A stretch of 33,264 nucleotides of DNA from an uncultured Spirochaetales bacterium (GTDB taxonomy: Bacteria > Myxococcota_A > UBA9160 > UBA6930): the NCBI GenBank assembly GCA_964403555.1, contig CAYOGP010000001.1, positions 1 through 33,264 on the forward strand. The letters run 5' to 3'. The notes under the pieces were generated by a model. That model had not been told where the DNA came from. It ran no database searches and worked only from the letters and a program-made list of their open reading frames with translations. Numbering within the stretch: the stretch's first letter is position 1; each line of letters opens with the position of its first letter. The translations under genes were made by a program, and so were the position numbers. Positions 19,895 through 29,024 of the stretch are shown here, piece by piece.

Positions 19895-21443
19895 TTCTTT
19901 GTCGAGCAGCGATTTCAAGGAGCAGATCGCTTATTTACCTGAGTATTTTTCTGCCCACCTGTGGATTACCTTAGTTTCTTTGGCTTTGGGATTATTCTTT
20001 GCATTGCCTTTAGGTATTTGGGTGTCTCAGAAAAAACACCTCGCTCCGTTGGTGCTTGGATTAGCTGGAGTAATTCAGACAATTCCTAGCCTAGCGCTCT
20101 TAGCCATAATGGTACCCATTCTTGCTTTTTTTGAGTCCTGGTCCGGCATCCCTATTCCTAGTATAGGTGCTCTTCCTGCCGTAGTAGCACTCACTCTCTA
20201 CAGCATGCTTCCAATTCTGCGGAATACGGTTACAGGTCTCGCGGGAACGGACACGTCTGTTCTCGAAGCTGCGGATGCGGTAGGCATGACAAAATTTCAG
20301 CGCCTTTGCCGAATCGAACTTCCCCTTGCCCTGCCAGTGATTGTGGCTGGCCTTAGAACTTCCACTGTGTGGGTTGTCGGTACCGCTACGCTATCGACTC
20401 CGATAGGAGCTACCAGCCTAGGCAATTTTATCTTTAGCGGATTACAAACTCGTAATTTTACCGCGGTGGGCATCGGGTGTGTTTCTGCAGCAATTCTTGC
20501 TCTTTCTTTAGATGGTTTGATCAAATGGCAAGAAGCTCAGCTGCGTTCGAAATCGAAAACAGGGCGTGTGGCCATGGGCGTCGTTATGTTGGGTTTAGTT
20601 TTTTGGCTCTCTTCTACTTTATGGAATCTCAGTTTCAATTCACAACAACCTATACGCGTTGGAACAAAAGCTTTTACGGAACAGTATATTCTTGGAGAAT
20701 TAATGGAACAGTGGATAGAAGCAGATACAGGAAGAAACGTCGTGCAAGTTTCGTCCTTAGGTTCAACAGTAGCTTTTGATGCCTTGAAGGAAGATCAAAT
20801 TGACCTTTATGTAGATTATACGGGAACTATATGGGCAACCATTATGGGTCGAGAAGATTCTCCCGGTCGCGACAAGATTTTTCAAGAGGTCCGCACCTAT
20901 TTACTTAAACAGCATGGAGTTCACCTTGTGTCCTCTCTGGGTTTCGAAAACTCGTATGCGTTAGCGATGCGAAGTGATAAATCTAAGGAGCTAAGAATTA
21001 AAAATATCTCTGATTTGTCATTATTTTCTCCTATGATGACCATCGGAGCCGATATTGAATTTTTTTCAAGAACTGAATGGAAGTCTCTCGTTTCAGTGTA
21101 TAGCTTGAAGTTTAGAGAACGACGGAGCATGGATCCTGGGCTTATGTATCAAGCGGTACAGCTTCGCGATGTCGATGTAGTTAGCGCTTTTTCTACTGAT
21201 GGAAGAATCGATGCTTACGACCTGGTGATTCTCAATGACGATAAGAGTGCGATTCCTCCCTACGACGCAGTTCTTTTGGCGAGTCCTGGGGTAATTAAAA
21301 GAGAACCGAATCTTCTGGAGAATTTGTCTGCTTTGTCCGGTCGACTAACTGCATCTTCTATGCGTGCAGCGAATTTGGAGGTGGATTTAAAATCGCGTAC
21401 ACCCAAGAAAGTTGCGCATGATTGGCTACTACGACTTCGCTAG
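19887..21443 (+). CDS. Fused ABC permease plus substrate-binding domain (OpuC/ProWX-like glycine-betaine/choline type).
   Basis: 518-aa ORF. The N-terminal ~215 aa are a polytopic permease. A further hydrophobic segment follows, then a ~270-aa soluble domain of osmoprotectant-binding-protein character (GSTVAFDAL..DLYVDYTGT). It overlaps the ATPase gene by 8 nt. Confidence 0.82.
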   Translation: MFSSLSSSDFKEQIAYLPEYFSAHLWITLVSLALGLFFALPLGIWVSQKKHLAPLVLGLAGVIQTIPSLALLAIMVPILAFFESWSGIPIPSIGALPAVVALTLYSMLPILRNTVTGLAGTDTSVLEAADAVGMTKFQRLCRIELPLALPVIVAGLRTSTVWVVGTATLSTPIGATSLGNFIFSGLQTRNFTAVGIGCVSAAILALSLDGLIKWQEAQLRSKSKTGRVAMGVVMLGLVFWLSSTLWNLSFNSQQPIRVGTKAFTEQYILGELMEQWIEADTGRNVVQVSSLGSTVAFDALKEDQIDLYVDYTGTIWATIMGREDSPGRDKIFQEVRTYLLKQHGVHLVSSLGFENSYALAMRSDKSKELRIKNISDLSLFSPMMTIGADIEFFSRTEWKSLVSVYSLKFRERRSMDPGLMYQAVQLRDVDVVSAFSTDGRIDAYDLVILNDDKSAIPPYDAVLLASPGVIKREPNLLENLSALSGRLTASSMRAANLEVDLKSRTPKKVAHDWLLRLR

Positions 21444-22573
21444 CCACCAGAACTGACGTCTAGAGACTCCAGTTGCGAAGGTGTAGCGTCAAATCGGTTT
21501 TCGAGAAAATTGAGAGGCAAGGCGACTTTCTGTCTTCCTCCTCTTTTACCACGCGGTACTCTTAACGCTGTTCGAGGGAATGGTTCGTGGGGATCAATTG
21601 TTGATAGAGCAGTTCTCAACTCTGAAATAGTTTCGACCCGGCAAAGACGCTCGCGCAAGGAACTACTTCCGGAGAATCCCTTCGTGTACCATGTGGCGTG
21701 CTTTCTAAACGATCGGATACCCGATCGCTCGCCTTGCCAACTTACTAAAAGCTCGGCATGCTCGGTCATGGTCGTAGCGACTTCACCAAACGTTGGGGGC
21801 TCGTCGATTTCTTGTCCTTTAAATATCTGAGATAACTCTTTGAATAGCCATGGGCGTCCAAGGCAACCTCTCCCGACAACTACTCCGTCACATTTCGTTT
21901 CACGCATCATGCGTAAGGCATCTTTGGCTTCCCAGATGTCACCGTTTCCAAGAACAGGAATACTAGTAACAGTCTTTTTCAGTTTAGCGATTGCCGACCA
22001 CTGTGCTTCCCCATCGTAAAGTTGTGCAGCGGTCCTGGCATGCAGTGCTATTGCTGCACAGCCCTCGTCCTCACCTATACGTCCAGCGTCCAAGTAGGTA
22101 GTGATATTTTCATCGATACCGATCCTAAACTTCATAGTTACCGGTATTCCTCCCGAGCTAGAAATTGCAGCTCGGAGAATTGCGCGTAAGAGATTTGGTT
22201 TTGCTGGAATCGCGGCTCCCCCTCCCTTTCGCGTTACTTTGCGCACTGGACACCCAAAATTTAAATCGATGTGATCCACGCGATTTTCGGAAACTAGGTA
22301 CCTTACAGCGCGGGCAATATAATCGGGGTCCACGCCGTAGAGCTGTATACTTCGAGGTTGTTCCTCGGGATCGAATGTGGCTAAATGAAGAGTCTTCGGG
22401 TTCTTTTCTACTAAGGCGCGCGCGGTAATCATCTCACTTACATAAAGACCCGCCCCGAAGCGCCTGCATAGTCTCCGGAAAGGAGGATTTGTGACTCCTG
22501 CCATCGGCGCAAGTACCACCGGGGGGTTGATCTCTATATTTCCAATTTTGAGCTGAGGGAAGCCGTTGGGCAT
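21440..22573 (-). CDS. tRNA-dihydrouridine synthase.
   Basis: 377-aa ORF with LAPMAGVTN, DLNFGCPVRKV (catalytic Cys) and HARTAAQLY. The subfamily (DusA/B/C) cannot be assigned by eye. Confidence 0.9.
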   Translation of the reverse strand: MPNGFPQLKIGNIEINPPVVLAPMAGVTNPPFRRLCRRFGAGLYVSEMITARALVEKNPKTLHLATFDPEEQPRSIQLYGVDPDYIARAVRYLVSENRVDHIDLNFGCPVRKVTRKGGGAAIPAKPNLLRAILRAAISSSGGIPVTMKFRIGIDENITTYLDAGRIGEDEGCAAIALHARTAAQLYDGEAQWSAIAKLKKTVTSIPVLGNGDIWEAKDALRMMRETKCDGVVVGRGCLGRPWLFKELSQIFKGQEIDEPPTFGEVATTMTEHAELLVSWQGERSGIRSFRKHATWYTKGFSGSSSLRERLCRVETISELRTALSTIDPHEPFPRTALRVPRGKRGGRQKVALPLNFLENRFDATPSQLESLDVSSGG

Positions 22574-22608
22574 ACAGTTAAGATTCCCAAGATTGATATG
22601 TGATTACA

Positions 22609-22896
22609 TTACCCATCTGAGTTCGATGGAATCTTAGTAACCATGCGGTCAACTGCATGTACAGGAGGGTTTTCACCCGACATAAGATTCGAAATCGCAG
22701 AATACACAAGTTGCTGTTGTTTTACTCGAGAGAGACCTTCAAATTCAGTAGATTCAACCGTGATTTCAAAGTGACCGGGACCACCCGCAGAGACGTCCAC
22801 GTCAGAATTTGAAATATTTTCTTCGATTCGGCGTTTAATTAGAACCTTCATTTCTTCGGGTTCGGGTGGAAGCTCGCTTAAAATTTGCAAAGGCAT
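22609..22896 (-). CDS. bolA: BolA-family protein.
   Basis: 95-aa ORF with GHFEITVESTEFEGLSRVKQQQLVYSAI and PPVHAV, the BolA signature including the conserved His. It starts 4 nt after the stop of the glutaredoxin-fusion gene. Confidence 0.88.
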   Translation of the reverse strand: MPLQILSELPPEPEEMKVLIKRRIEENISNSDVDVSAGGPGHFEITVESTEFEGLSRVKQQQLVYSAISNLMSGENPPVHAVDRMVTKIPSNSDG

Positions 22897-22900
22897 GTTT

Positions 22901-23824
22901 TTAATACCGCCTGATGCTTTGATCTATGTCTTGGGCCCAACTGTCGATTCCACCGATCAAATTAAATACGTTTTCGAAACCTAGAGCAGCGAAGTGTTCC
23001 GCAACGCTCTGACTGCGGCCTCCGTGATGACAGAAAAAGACTATTGTTCCCTTCTTGTCGCTCTTTTCAAGTTTGTCACGGGTATCTTCGTCTAGGGCAA
23101 CGGCACCATGAATCTGAGCGATTTTCATTTCTTCAGGTGTTCGAACATCGTAAAGACCAAAGTTCTCCCCGGAATCCAGCTTTTCTTTGACTTCCTGCGC
23201 CCTGATATCCTTAACCTTAGGGAGGTTTGGGTTTTCAATTCTAAAAGCTGGTCCGCTTGAGGTACTCTCTGCATCGATAGTTAAGCCATCTGCGCGAACC
23301 GCTGTCTGAGCGGACATATAGATCTGTATTCCGTTCGTCACTGTCGATAGCTCCCTCTCTTCTATTGGGCCGAAATAGAGGTTATTTTGAAGCCTTGCAT
23401 CGATCGATAAGTGCAGTTCGCGGCCCGCCGAAGGGCCAGAAATTTCTTGGAGAGCCTTCGCAGCGGTGTCAGTGATAGTAAGGTCGGGTGCCGTGTTTGC
23501 GGCTTTTGGAATACCCAAGGCTTCCTCTAGTTCTCCCGTTCCAAACATTTCAGAAATGATGTCACAGCCGCCGATAAACTCACCACCTACATATAACTGT
23601 GGGATTGTGGGCCAGGAAGAGAATTCTTTTATTCCATTCCGAATTTCGGGATCTTGGAGGACATCTACTGTGGCGTAGTCCGGAACGAGCTGGTCTAGTA
23701 ACTGCGTAGTTGTGGCGGAGAAACCGCACTGGGGTGCTCCTCTACGCCCTTTCATGAACAAGACGACATGGTCCGAACTAACTATTTTCTCAATTCTGGT
23801 GCGGATATCAGGATCTAGTTCCAT
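22901..23824 (-). CDS. Three-domain fusion: monothiol (CGFS) Grx4-type glutaredoxin, a Cys-less IscA/HesB-like domain, and a rhodanese domain.
   Basis: Residues 1-105 are VVLFMKGRRGAPQCGFS...WPTIPQLYVGGEFIGGCD. Residues 115-200 are LTITDTAAKAL...GLTIDAE...FRIENPN, an A-type-carrier pattern without any Cys. Residues 205-307 are a rhodanese with the active-site loop FFCHHGGRS. Confidence 0.85.
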   Translation of the reverse strand: MELDPDIRTRIEKIVSSDHVVLFMKGRRGAPQCGFSATTTQLLDQLVPDYATVDVLQDPEIRNGIKEFSSWPTIPQLYVGGEFIGGCDIISEMFGTGELEEALGIPKAANTAPDLTITDTAAKALQEISGPSAGRELHLSIDARLQNNLYFGPIEERELSTVTNGIQIYMSAQTAVRADGLTIDAESTSSGPAFRIENPNLPKVKDIRAQEVKEKLDSGENFGLYDVRTPEEMKIAQIHGAVALDEDTRDKLEKSDKKGTIVFFCHHGGRSQSVAEHFAALGFENVFNLIGGIDSWAQDIDQSIRRY

Positions 23825-23860
23825 CGTATGTTCTTCCTTCAGGTTCAGTTTTAAAACCTT

Positions 23861-23888
23861 GTAAAACCTCTCAGAGGGGTGTGAGAGG
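23861..23888 (-). terminator. Rho-independent terminator closing the ahcY-prc-small ORF transcription unit.
   Basis: The minus strand reads CCTCTCA-cacccctc-TGAGAGG followed by TTTTAC. The stem is 7 bp perfect and begins 45 nt after the small ORF stop. Confidence 0.6.
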
Positions 23889-23932
23889 TAGCCAAGTCTA
23901 GCGAAGAGCGGAGGAAACAGCAGAGTTTTGAA

Positions 23933-24196
23933 TTATTGGGTGCATTCGATCTCCTCTGGTTCCGTCCTCTGGCAGGCTAGAGTTTCAGTCACGCCATGTG
24001 CAATGGTGGAACATGCGCTCATTATAGCTCCCTGGAGTGCTTCCTCTTCAATCGGTGCCCGCGCATTTGCGCAGTTTACCGACCCATTGAAACTCACGCA
24101 TACAGAGCAAGAAAAACCACTACTTTCTCGAAGGGTCACCCAAATCAAACACGCAGCTAACAAAGCAAATGCCAAAATCGAAATCCATGGCTTCAT
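23933..24196 (-). CDS. Hypothetical small exported or lipid-anchored Cys-rich protein (87 aa).
   Basis: The N-terminus MKPWISILAFALLAAC has a lipobox-like LAAC (Cys16). Six further Cys residues follow, including a CSVC pair. The ATG overlaps the prc stop (ATGA at 24193-24196). I recognise no family. Confidence 0.5.
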   Translation of the reverse strand: MKPWISILAFALLAACLIWVTLRESSGFSCSVCVSFNGSVNCANARAPIEEEALQGAIMSACSTIAHGVTETLACQRTEPEEIECTQ

Positions 24197-26154
24197 CGAT
24201 GCAAATCCACGAGATCGGCAAGAATGCTCAGGGCTTCCTCTGCCTGAGCGGTCAGAGCTTCGTCTTTGCCGTTGTCACTTGCTCCCTCTAGGTTTTTGTC
24301 ATCAACGGCAGCTCCACTAGTAGCTTGCTCCTCTTCGATATCGGAGAGGAGGACGCTCTCCGCGGTGTCTCGTCGATTCTCGAGCCGTGTAACCACCTCT
24401 TGTAGCTTTTTGTTGCTCTGGATTCTCGTCATTGAGTAGTTCCGTAACGTGTCTAAGTGATTGGGTTTAAGCGGGACATAGGTTTGGTTTCTTTTGCTTC
24501 GCCTAAAGTTCCTCCCGGCAAAAGCATCAATTCTTTGCCCCGGTAATGCATACGGTTGTTCAGCTTCGCCAAAACTTACAATGTCAAGTAAGGAAGGAAT
24601 CACCATGTGTGTTGGAACGCCAGTTTTTTGAGTAGAGACTCCTCCGGGTCGAAAAAAGAGGGCAGTAGTAACGCGAAGTGCGCCCAAGCCCGGTCTTAAA
24701 GGAAAGACGCTTTGGACGGTTCCCTTCCCAAACGTTTGGCGGTCCCCAACTATCACCGCCCGATCGTAGTCGCGAAGAGCCCCTGCGAGAATTTCGGCTG
24801 CTGAAGCGCTTGCTCGCGAAACCAGTACGACCATAGGACCAGAGAATAAGATTTTTGGATCAGGGTCCGCCAGAACATGCCGTCGATTTCTGTTGTCTTT
24901 GACTGCTACGATGCCGCCGTCTTCAAGAAAGAAGCCAGATATTTCGATTGCATCTTCAAGCAGTCCTCCTCCGTTTCGCGAAAGGTCGAACAGTAATCCG
25001 TCTACGTCTTGAGTTTTAAGCGAGATCAAGAGATTTCGTACATCTTTTGACGAGAGACGTTCTTTTGAGTCCCGATCTCCGTAGAATGAGGGTAGCTCCA
25101 GAATCGCCAATTTGTAGTTCATCTTGCCACGCTGAATACTCTGAATTTTCATCTTTGCGGCTTGTTGTTCGAGGTCGATTTTATCCCTTCGTATCGAGAT
25201 TGTGAAACGCTCAGGTTCGTCGATCTTTCTAAGAACTGTGAGGGTTACTGTAGTCCCCTTTTTCCCTCGTATTAAGCGAACAACATCTCTGAGAGCCATA
25301 TCTATAACATCTATCGGAATTTGGTTATGCTCGGCGACTGCAACGATTTTATCTTGTGGTTTTAGAACGTTTAGTTTGTCCGCTGCTCCTCCTGGGATAA
25401 TTTGCTCTACTACGGAATATCCGTCCCTTTCAGACAGGGAGACGCCGATCCCTTCGAGGGACAACTGCATGCCGATTCGAAAATCTTCGAGATCATCGGA
25501 TGAGAGATACGACGAATGGGGATCCAAAGAAGAGGCGAAAGCGTTTAGGAAGCTAGAAAGTATTTGTGACTCTTCTAACTCGCGCAGCCGGCGTGTTCTT
25601 AATTCATATCGATGGAGGACTCTTCTTTTAGCCTCTTCTAGATCTTGGCCATTTGCTAGAAAATTTGAAATTTGAAAATGTGTGAGAGTTTCAAGGAGCC
25701 GTTTTCTTGTTTCAGCATCCTCGGGACGCTTCCTCTTCTTAGGGTCTAGTATTAAGCTGGCATTAGGATCGATTTGATAGTCTGGACTTGAGAGGAACGA
25801 GTTTACTCCTTTTAAGCCTCGTTCTTGATATTGAATAAAGTCACTGTGTGTCGAAAGTAGTAGGTCGCACTTCCCTCGCGAAATATTTCTGAACCCTGCT
25901 TCAAGTCGCCGTAGTAAGTCCTCTGCCTCAGTTTTGTCAAGTAGGTTCCGCTGCGGGTCTCTTCTTCTAAGAAGTGTTTTTGCTGATCGATCCAGAACCC
26001 TGGGAGTAATCGTGGTAAACGTCACATGTTTTTTGAGGTAGACACCGATTAAATCCGGTAAATCATCGCAAGAAAGATCAGCGTATGCTCCCGATGTTCC
26101 TACTAGAGAGAAAACAAAGGTTAGGAAGGCGGTTTTAAGAAAAGCGAAACCCAC
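24193..26154 (-). CDS. prc: Tail-specific (C-terminal processing) protease, S41 family, Prc-like.
   Basis: 653-aa ORF with a GTG start and a signal peptide ending AYA-D. It has a PDZ region (LSLEGIGVSL...GGAADK) and an S41 catalytic region (DLSRNGGG, SASAAEI, TFGKGTVQ). The overall layout matches E. coli Prc. Confidence 0.9.
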   Translation of the reverse strand: MGFAFLKTAFLTFVFSLVGTSGAYADLSCDDLPDLIGVYLKKHVTFTTITPRVLDRSAKTLLRRRDPQRNLLDKTEAEDLLRRLEAGFRNISRGKCDLLLSTHSDFIQYQERGLKGVNSFLSSPDYQIDPNASLILDPKKRKRPEDAETRKRLLETLTHFQISNFLANGQDLEEAKRRVLHRYELRTRRLRELEESQILSSFLNAFASSLDPHSSYLSSDDLEDFRIGMQLSLEGIGVSLSERDGYSVVEQIIPGGAADKLNVLKPQDKIVAVAEHNQIPIDVIDMALRDVVRLIRGKKGTTVTLTVLRKIDEPERFTISIRRDKIDLEQQAAKMKIQSIQRGKMNYKLAILELPSFYGDRDSKERLSSKDVRNLLISLKTQDVDGLLFDLSRNGGGLLEDAIEISGFFLEDGGIVAVKDNRNRRHVLADPDPKILFSGPMVVLVSRASASAAEILAGALRDYDRAVIVGDRQTFGKGTVQSVFPLRPGLGALRVTTALFFRPGGVSTQKTGVPTHMVIPSLLDIVSFGEAEQPYALPGQRIDAFAGRNFRRSKRNQTYVPLKPNHLDTLRNYSMTRIQSNKKLQEVVTRLENRRDTAESVLLSDIEEEQATSGAAVDDKNLEGASDNGKDEALTAQAEEALSILADLVDLHR

Positions 26155-26172
26155 GGTGCTCTTAATTGACGC

Positions 26173-27621
26173 CTAGTAGCGGTAATGGTCCGGCTTGTAA
26201 GGACCTTCGATAGGGACTCCAATGTATTCTGCCTGCTTGCTGGTGAGTTCTGTGAGGTTCACTCCAAGGTGATCAAGGTGCAACCGCGCCACTTCTTCAT
26301 CCAGATGCTTCGGTAGCATATAAACTGCCGACTCATATCGCTCGCGGTGTTCATGGAGTTCTATTTGAGCAATTACCTGATTTGTGAAGGATGCTGACAT
26401 TACAAAGCTTGGATGTCCTGTTGCACACCCAAGGTTAAGAAGCCGGCCTTCCGCAAGTATCAAAACGCTGTGTCCATCGGGGAAGATCCATTCATCGTAC
26501 TGGGGCTTGATGTTATTGCAGACGATCCCCGGAATTTCTTTTAAGCCTGCCATATCGATCTCATTGTCGAAGTGACCGATGTTGCCAACGATTGCTTTGT
26601 CTTTCATCTTCGACATATGGTCGGCAGTAATGACATCAAAATTGCCGGTGGTGGTTACGAAAATATCTACCTCAGAAACAATCGATTCGAGGCGTTGGAC
26701 CTCGTAACCTTCCATTGAAGCTTGTAAAGCGCAAATTGGATCGATTTCTGTAATTATGACTCGGCATCCCTGGCCCTTTAGAGCTTGTGCGCAGCCCTTA
26801 CCTACTTCTCCAAAGCCACAAACTAAGGCGACCTTTCCTCCGAGCATAACATCGGTAGCCCGCATTAGTCCGTCAGGTAGGGAATGTCTACAGCCGTAGA
26901 TGTTGTCAAATTTACTTTTAGTAACGGAATCGTTGACGTTGATAGCGGGAAAAAGCAGTTCGCCACTTTCTTGCATTTGGTACAACCTATGAACACCGGT
27001 CGTCGTCTCCTCCGAAACTCCTCGTATGTCGTTGGTTAGTTCATGCCAAGTATTGGGATTTTCTTCCTGCATTTTGCTTAAGAGATTTAGTACTACTATC
27101 CATTCTTCGGAGTCGGAAGCCGGGTTAGGATCGGGCACCTTCCCCTTTTTCTCGAACTCCAATCCTTTGTGGAGGAGAAGGGTCGCATCTCCTCCATCGT
27201 CCACAATCTGCTGGGGGCCTGATCCGTCAGGCCAGACCAAAGCTTGTTGCGTGCACCACCAGTATTCCTCAAGAGTTTCACCCTTCCAGGCAAAAACAGG
27301 AATACCCTGAAGATTATCCGTGGTTCCCGAAGGACCTACGACGACAGCCGCCGCGGCGTGATCCTGCGTAGAGAAAATGTTGCAACTGACCCAGCGAACG
27401 TCTGCTCCAAGTTCGGTGAGTGTTTCAATCAGAACTGCGGTTTGGATGGTCATATGGAGGCTACCCATGATGCGAAGCCCCGACAGTGGTCTAGAGGCTC
27501 GGTATCGTTCCCGTAATGCCATGAGTCCCGGCATTTCATGTTCTGCCAACTTGATTTCCTTGCGGCCCCAGTCTGCTAGCCCAAGGTCGGCAACTTTATA
27601 GTTGGGGGATTCGTTTAGCAT
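26173..27621 (-). CDS. ahcY: Adenosylhomocysteinase (S-adenosyl-L-homocysteine hydrolase), long form with the ~40-aa insertion.
   Basis: [52 protein letters not shown] (NAD site) and GHFDNEID. I chose the ATG at 27621 because AAGGAG lies 5 nt upstream. The ORF-track start at 27750 would overlap the MFS gene. Confidence 0.95.
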   Translation of the reverse strand: MLNESPNYKVADLGLADWGRKEIKLAEHEMPGLMALRERYRASRPLSGLRIMGSLHMTIQTAVLIETLTELGADVRWVSCNIFSTQDHAAAAVVVGPSGTTDNLQGIPVFAWKGETLEEYWWCTQQALVWPDGSGPQQIVDDGGDATLLLHKGLEFEKKGKVPDPNPASDSEEWIVVLNLLSKMQEENPNTWHELTNDIRGVSEETTTGVHRLYQMQESGELLFPAINVNDSVTKSKFDNIYGCRHSLPDGLMRATDVMLGGKVALVCGFGEVGKGCAQALKGQGCRVIITEIDPICALQASMEGYEVQRLESIVSEVDIFVTTTGNFDVITADHMSKMKDKAIVGNIGHFDNEIDMAGLKEIPGIVCNNIKPQYDEWIFPDGHSVLILAEGRLLNLGCATGHPSFVMSASFTNQVIAQIELHEHRERYESAVYMLPKHLDEEVARLHLDHLGVNLTELTSKQAEYIGVPIEGPYKPDHYRY

Positions 27622-27704
27622 CTTTTCTCCTTGAGTTTCTTCCGAGCCATTCAGCATTTTTAAAATAAGCACGGGGGTTGCTGTGTCAGATGCTGGCTCT
27701 GACT

Positions 27705-28925
27705 TCAGAGTTTGTTGTGTACCGCATCCGCATCTGAAACTGGTCGCCAAAGGATCATAGCGAGACCTAAAATTGTCGCTGCGTAAACTGCAAGAGTAGC
27801 GTGATTTCCAATGGCAGCTGAACTGAAACCGGCCACGGTCGATCCCATCGGGCCTGCACCCATGAGGGCTAGCTGATAAACAGAGAGAACCCTACCGCGT
27901 TCGTGTTCGGGGGCACCTTCTTGAAAGAGCGTCCTGGTAGCGTTAATAAAGATTGACGTTGAGATGCCCCAAATGAAAGTCAGCCCTGCCATCCAAGCGA
28001 CCGCTAAATCTAGACTTATCAATAGGAGCAGTAAGGATCCTAATAAAATCGAGACTAAAGCGGATTGGCCTCTTTTTTTCAGGCCGCCGAGCCTTCGAAT
28101 CCAGAAAGATCCACCGATGTTTCCTAAGGCAAACAAGGTCATGATGATGGCGAGTAACAGTACGGAACCACCGTAACTATCCCTTACGATGAGAGGAAAG
28201 ATTACGTAGAAGGGGCCCGCAAAACAAAAAGCCACAGTAAGTGACATCAGGAATGTAGAGCGAAGTCTGGGATCCTTCGCAACAATTTTTATGGCGGCCA
28301 TAATTTCGCGTTTCGTAGCCCTGATACCCTGGTTTTTGGGTGTCCCACTGAATGCTGCAGCTTTGGGAAGTCTGATCTTGGCTATGAGTAGGGCCCCCGA
28401 TGCGAGAATAATGCCCTGGAGGACAAGAACGGGCGCCGCGCCCGTCCATTTTGCAAGGCCGGCGAGAAGATTTCCGACCGCTTGGCAACCGAACTGTACC
28501 ATGGTCATTCCGGCCACAGCCCTCAACATGTCGCTGCCTGCGACTCGGGAAAGGAGGGTATCTCGGGCGGGCATGATAAAAGCGGTAATAGTTCCGAGCC
28601 ATACGCCGTACAGCAGGAGGAAGTTATATGAAAGAAGGTCGGCACTAACGAGGACTGCGAGAACTAAGGGTCCGAGCGCGGATAAAAGGTGGAGGACGAT
28701 TAAAGATTTCCTGACGTCGATTCGGTCGGCAAGTGCACCTCCAAACAGGATAAGAAGAAGAGTTGGTAACATGACTGAAAACTGGCCAAACCCGACTTGC
28801 TCAGGCGTGGCATTGAGTTTTACCGTAAGCAACCACGAAAATATTGCAGAATGCACTCCCCATGCGCCAAACCAAGAGGCTACTCCTCGAATAAAGCCTT
28901 TGTACTGTTCGGCGGGTTCGCTCAT
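27705..28925 (-). CDS. MFS transporter.
   Basis: 406-aa ORF with about 12 hydrophobic segments and an MFS-like loop motif [11 protein letters not shown] between TM2 and TM3. Substrate is unknown. Confidence 0.82.
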   Translation of the reverse strand: MSEPAEQYKGFIRGVASWFGAWGVHSAIFSWLLTVKLNATPEQVGFGQFSVMLPTLLLILFGGALADRIDVRKSLIVLHLLSALGPLVLAVLVSADLLSYNFLLLYGVWLGTITAFIMPARDTLLSRVAGSDMLRAVAGMTMVQFGCQAVGNLLAGLAKWTGAAPVLVLQGIILASGALLIAKIRLPKAAAFSGTPKNQGIRATKREIMAAIKIVAKDPRLRSTFLMSLTVAFCFAGPFYVIFPLIVRDSYGGSVLLLAIIMTLFALGNIGGSFWIRRLGGLKKRGQSALVSILLGSLLLLLISLDLAVAWMAGLTFIWGISTSIFINATRTLFQEGAPEHERGRVLSVYQLALMGAGPMGSTVAGFSSAAIGNHATLAVYAATILGLAMILWRPVSDADAVHNKL

Positions 28926-29024
28926 CTGTTCAGCATAGATCCTTATGAAGCACTCTGACTGTGATTGGGGGGAGAAGGAAGGAATAGTTTTGGGTCTCGA
29001 CTCTTGAGTCGCTAAATTCTAGTG

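Noticed and set aside
19887-21443. Permease fused to a substrate-binding domain in the ABC transporter.
   Set aside because: It is a real fusion, but a known architecture for osmoprotectant importers (ProWX and OpuA-type systems), so it is not novel.
21440-21443. Convergent overlap of the ABC permease and dus stop codons (CTAG), with no terminator between them.
   Set aside because: This kind of overlap is common in compact genomes and carries no specific functional signal.
23928-24320. 130-aa plus-strand ORF (TTG start) opposite the small Cys-rich ORF and the prc 3' end.
   Set aside because: It overlaps 128 nt of a confident prc CDS. The minus-strand ORF is the better candidate because it has a signal peptide, ATGA coupling and a downstream terminator.
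27622-27750. Extended ahcY start at 27750 (43 extra codons).
   Set aside because: It would overlap the MFS gene 3' end and adds non-homologous residues. The ATG at 27621 has AAGGAG at optimal spacing and gives the canonical AhcY N-terminus.
28291-28938. 215-aa plus-strand ORF opposite the MFS transporter, together with the other antisense ORFs at 28177-28602 and 29210-30190.
   Set aside because: These are Arg/Pro/Ser-rich shadow frames of confidently called membrane and amidohydrolase genes.
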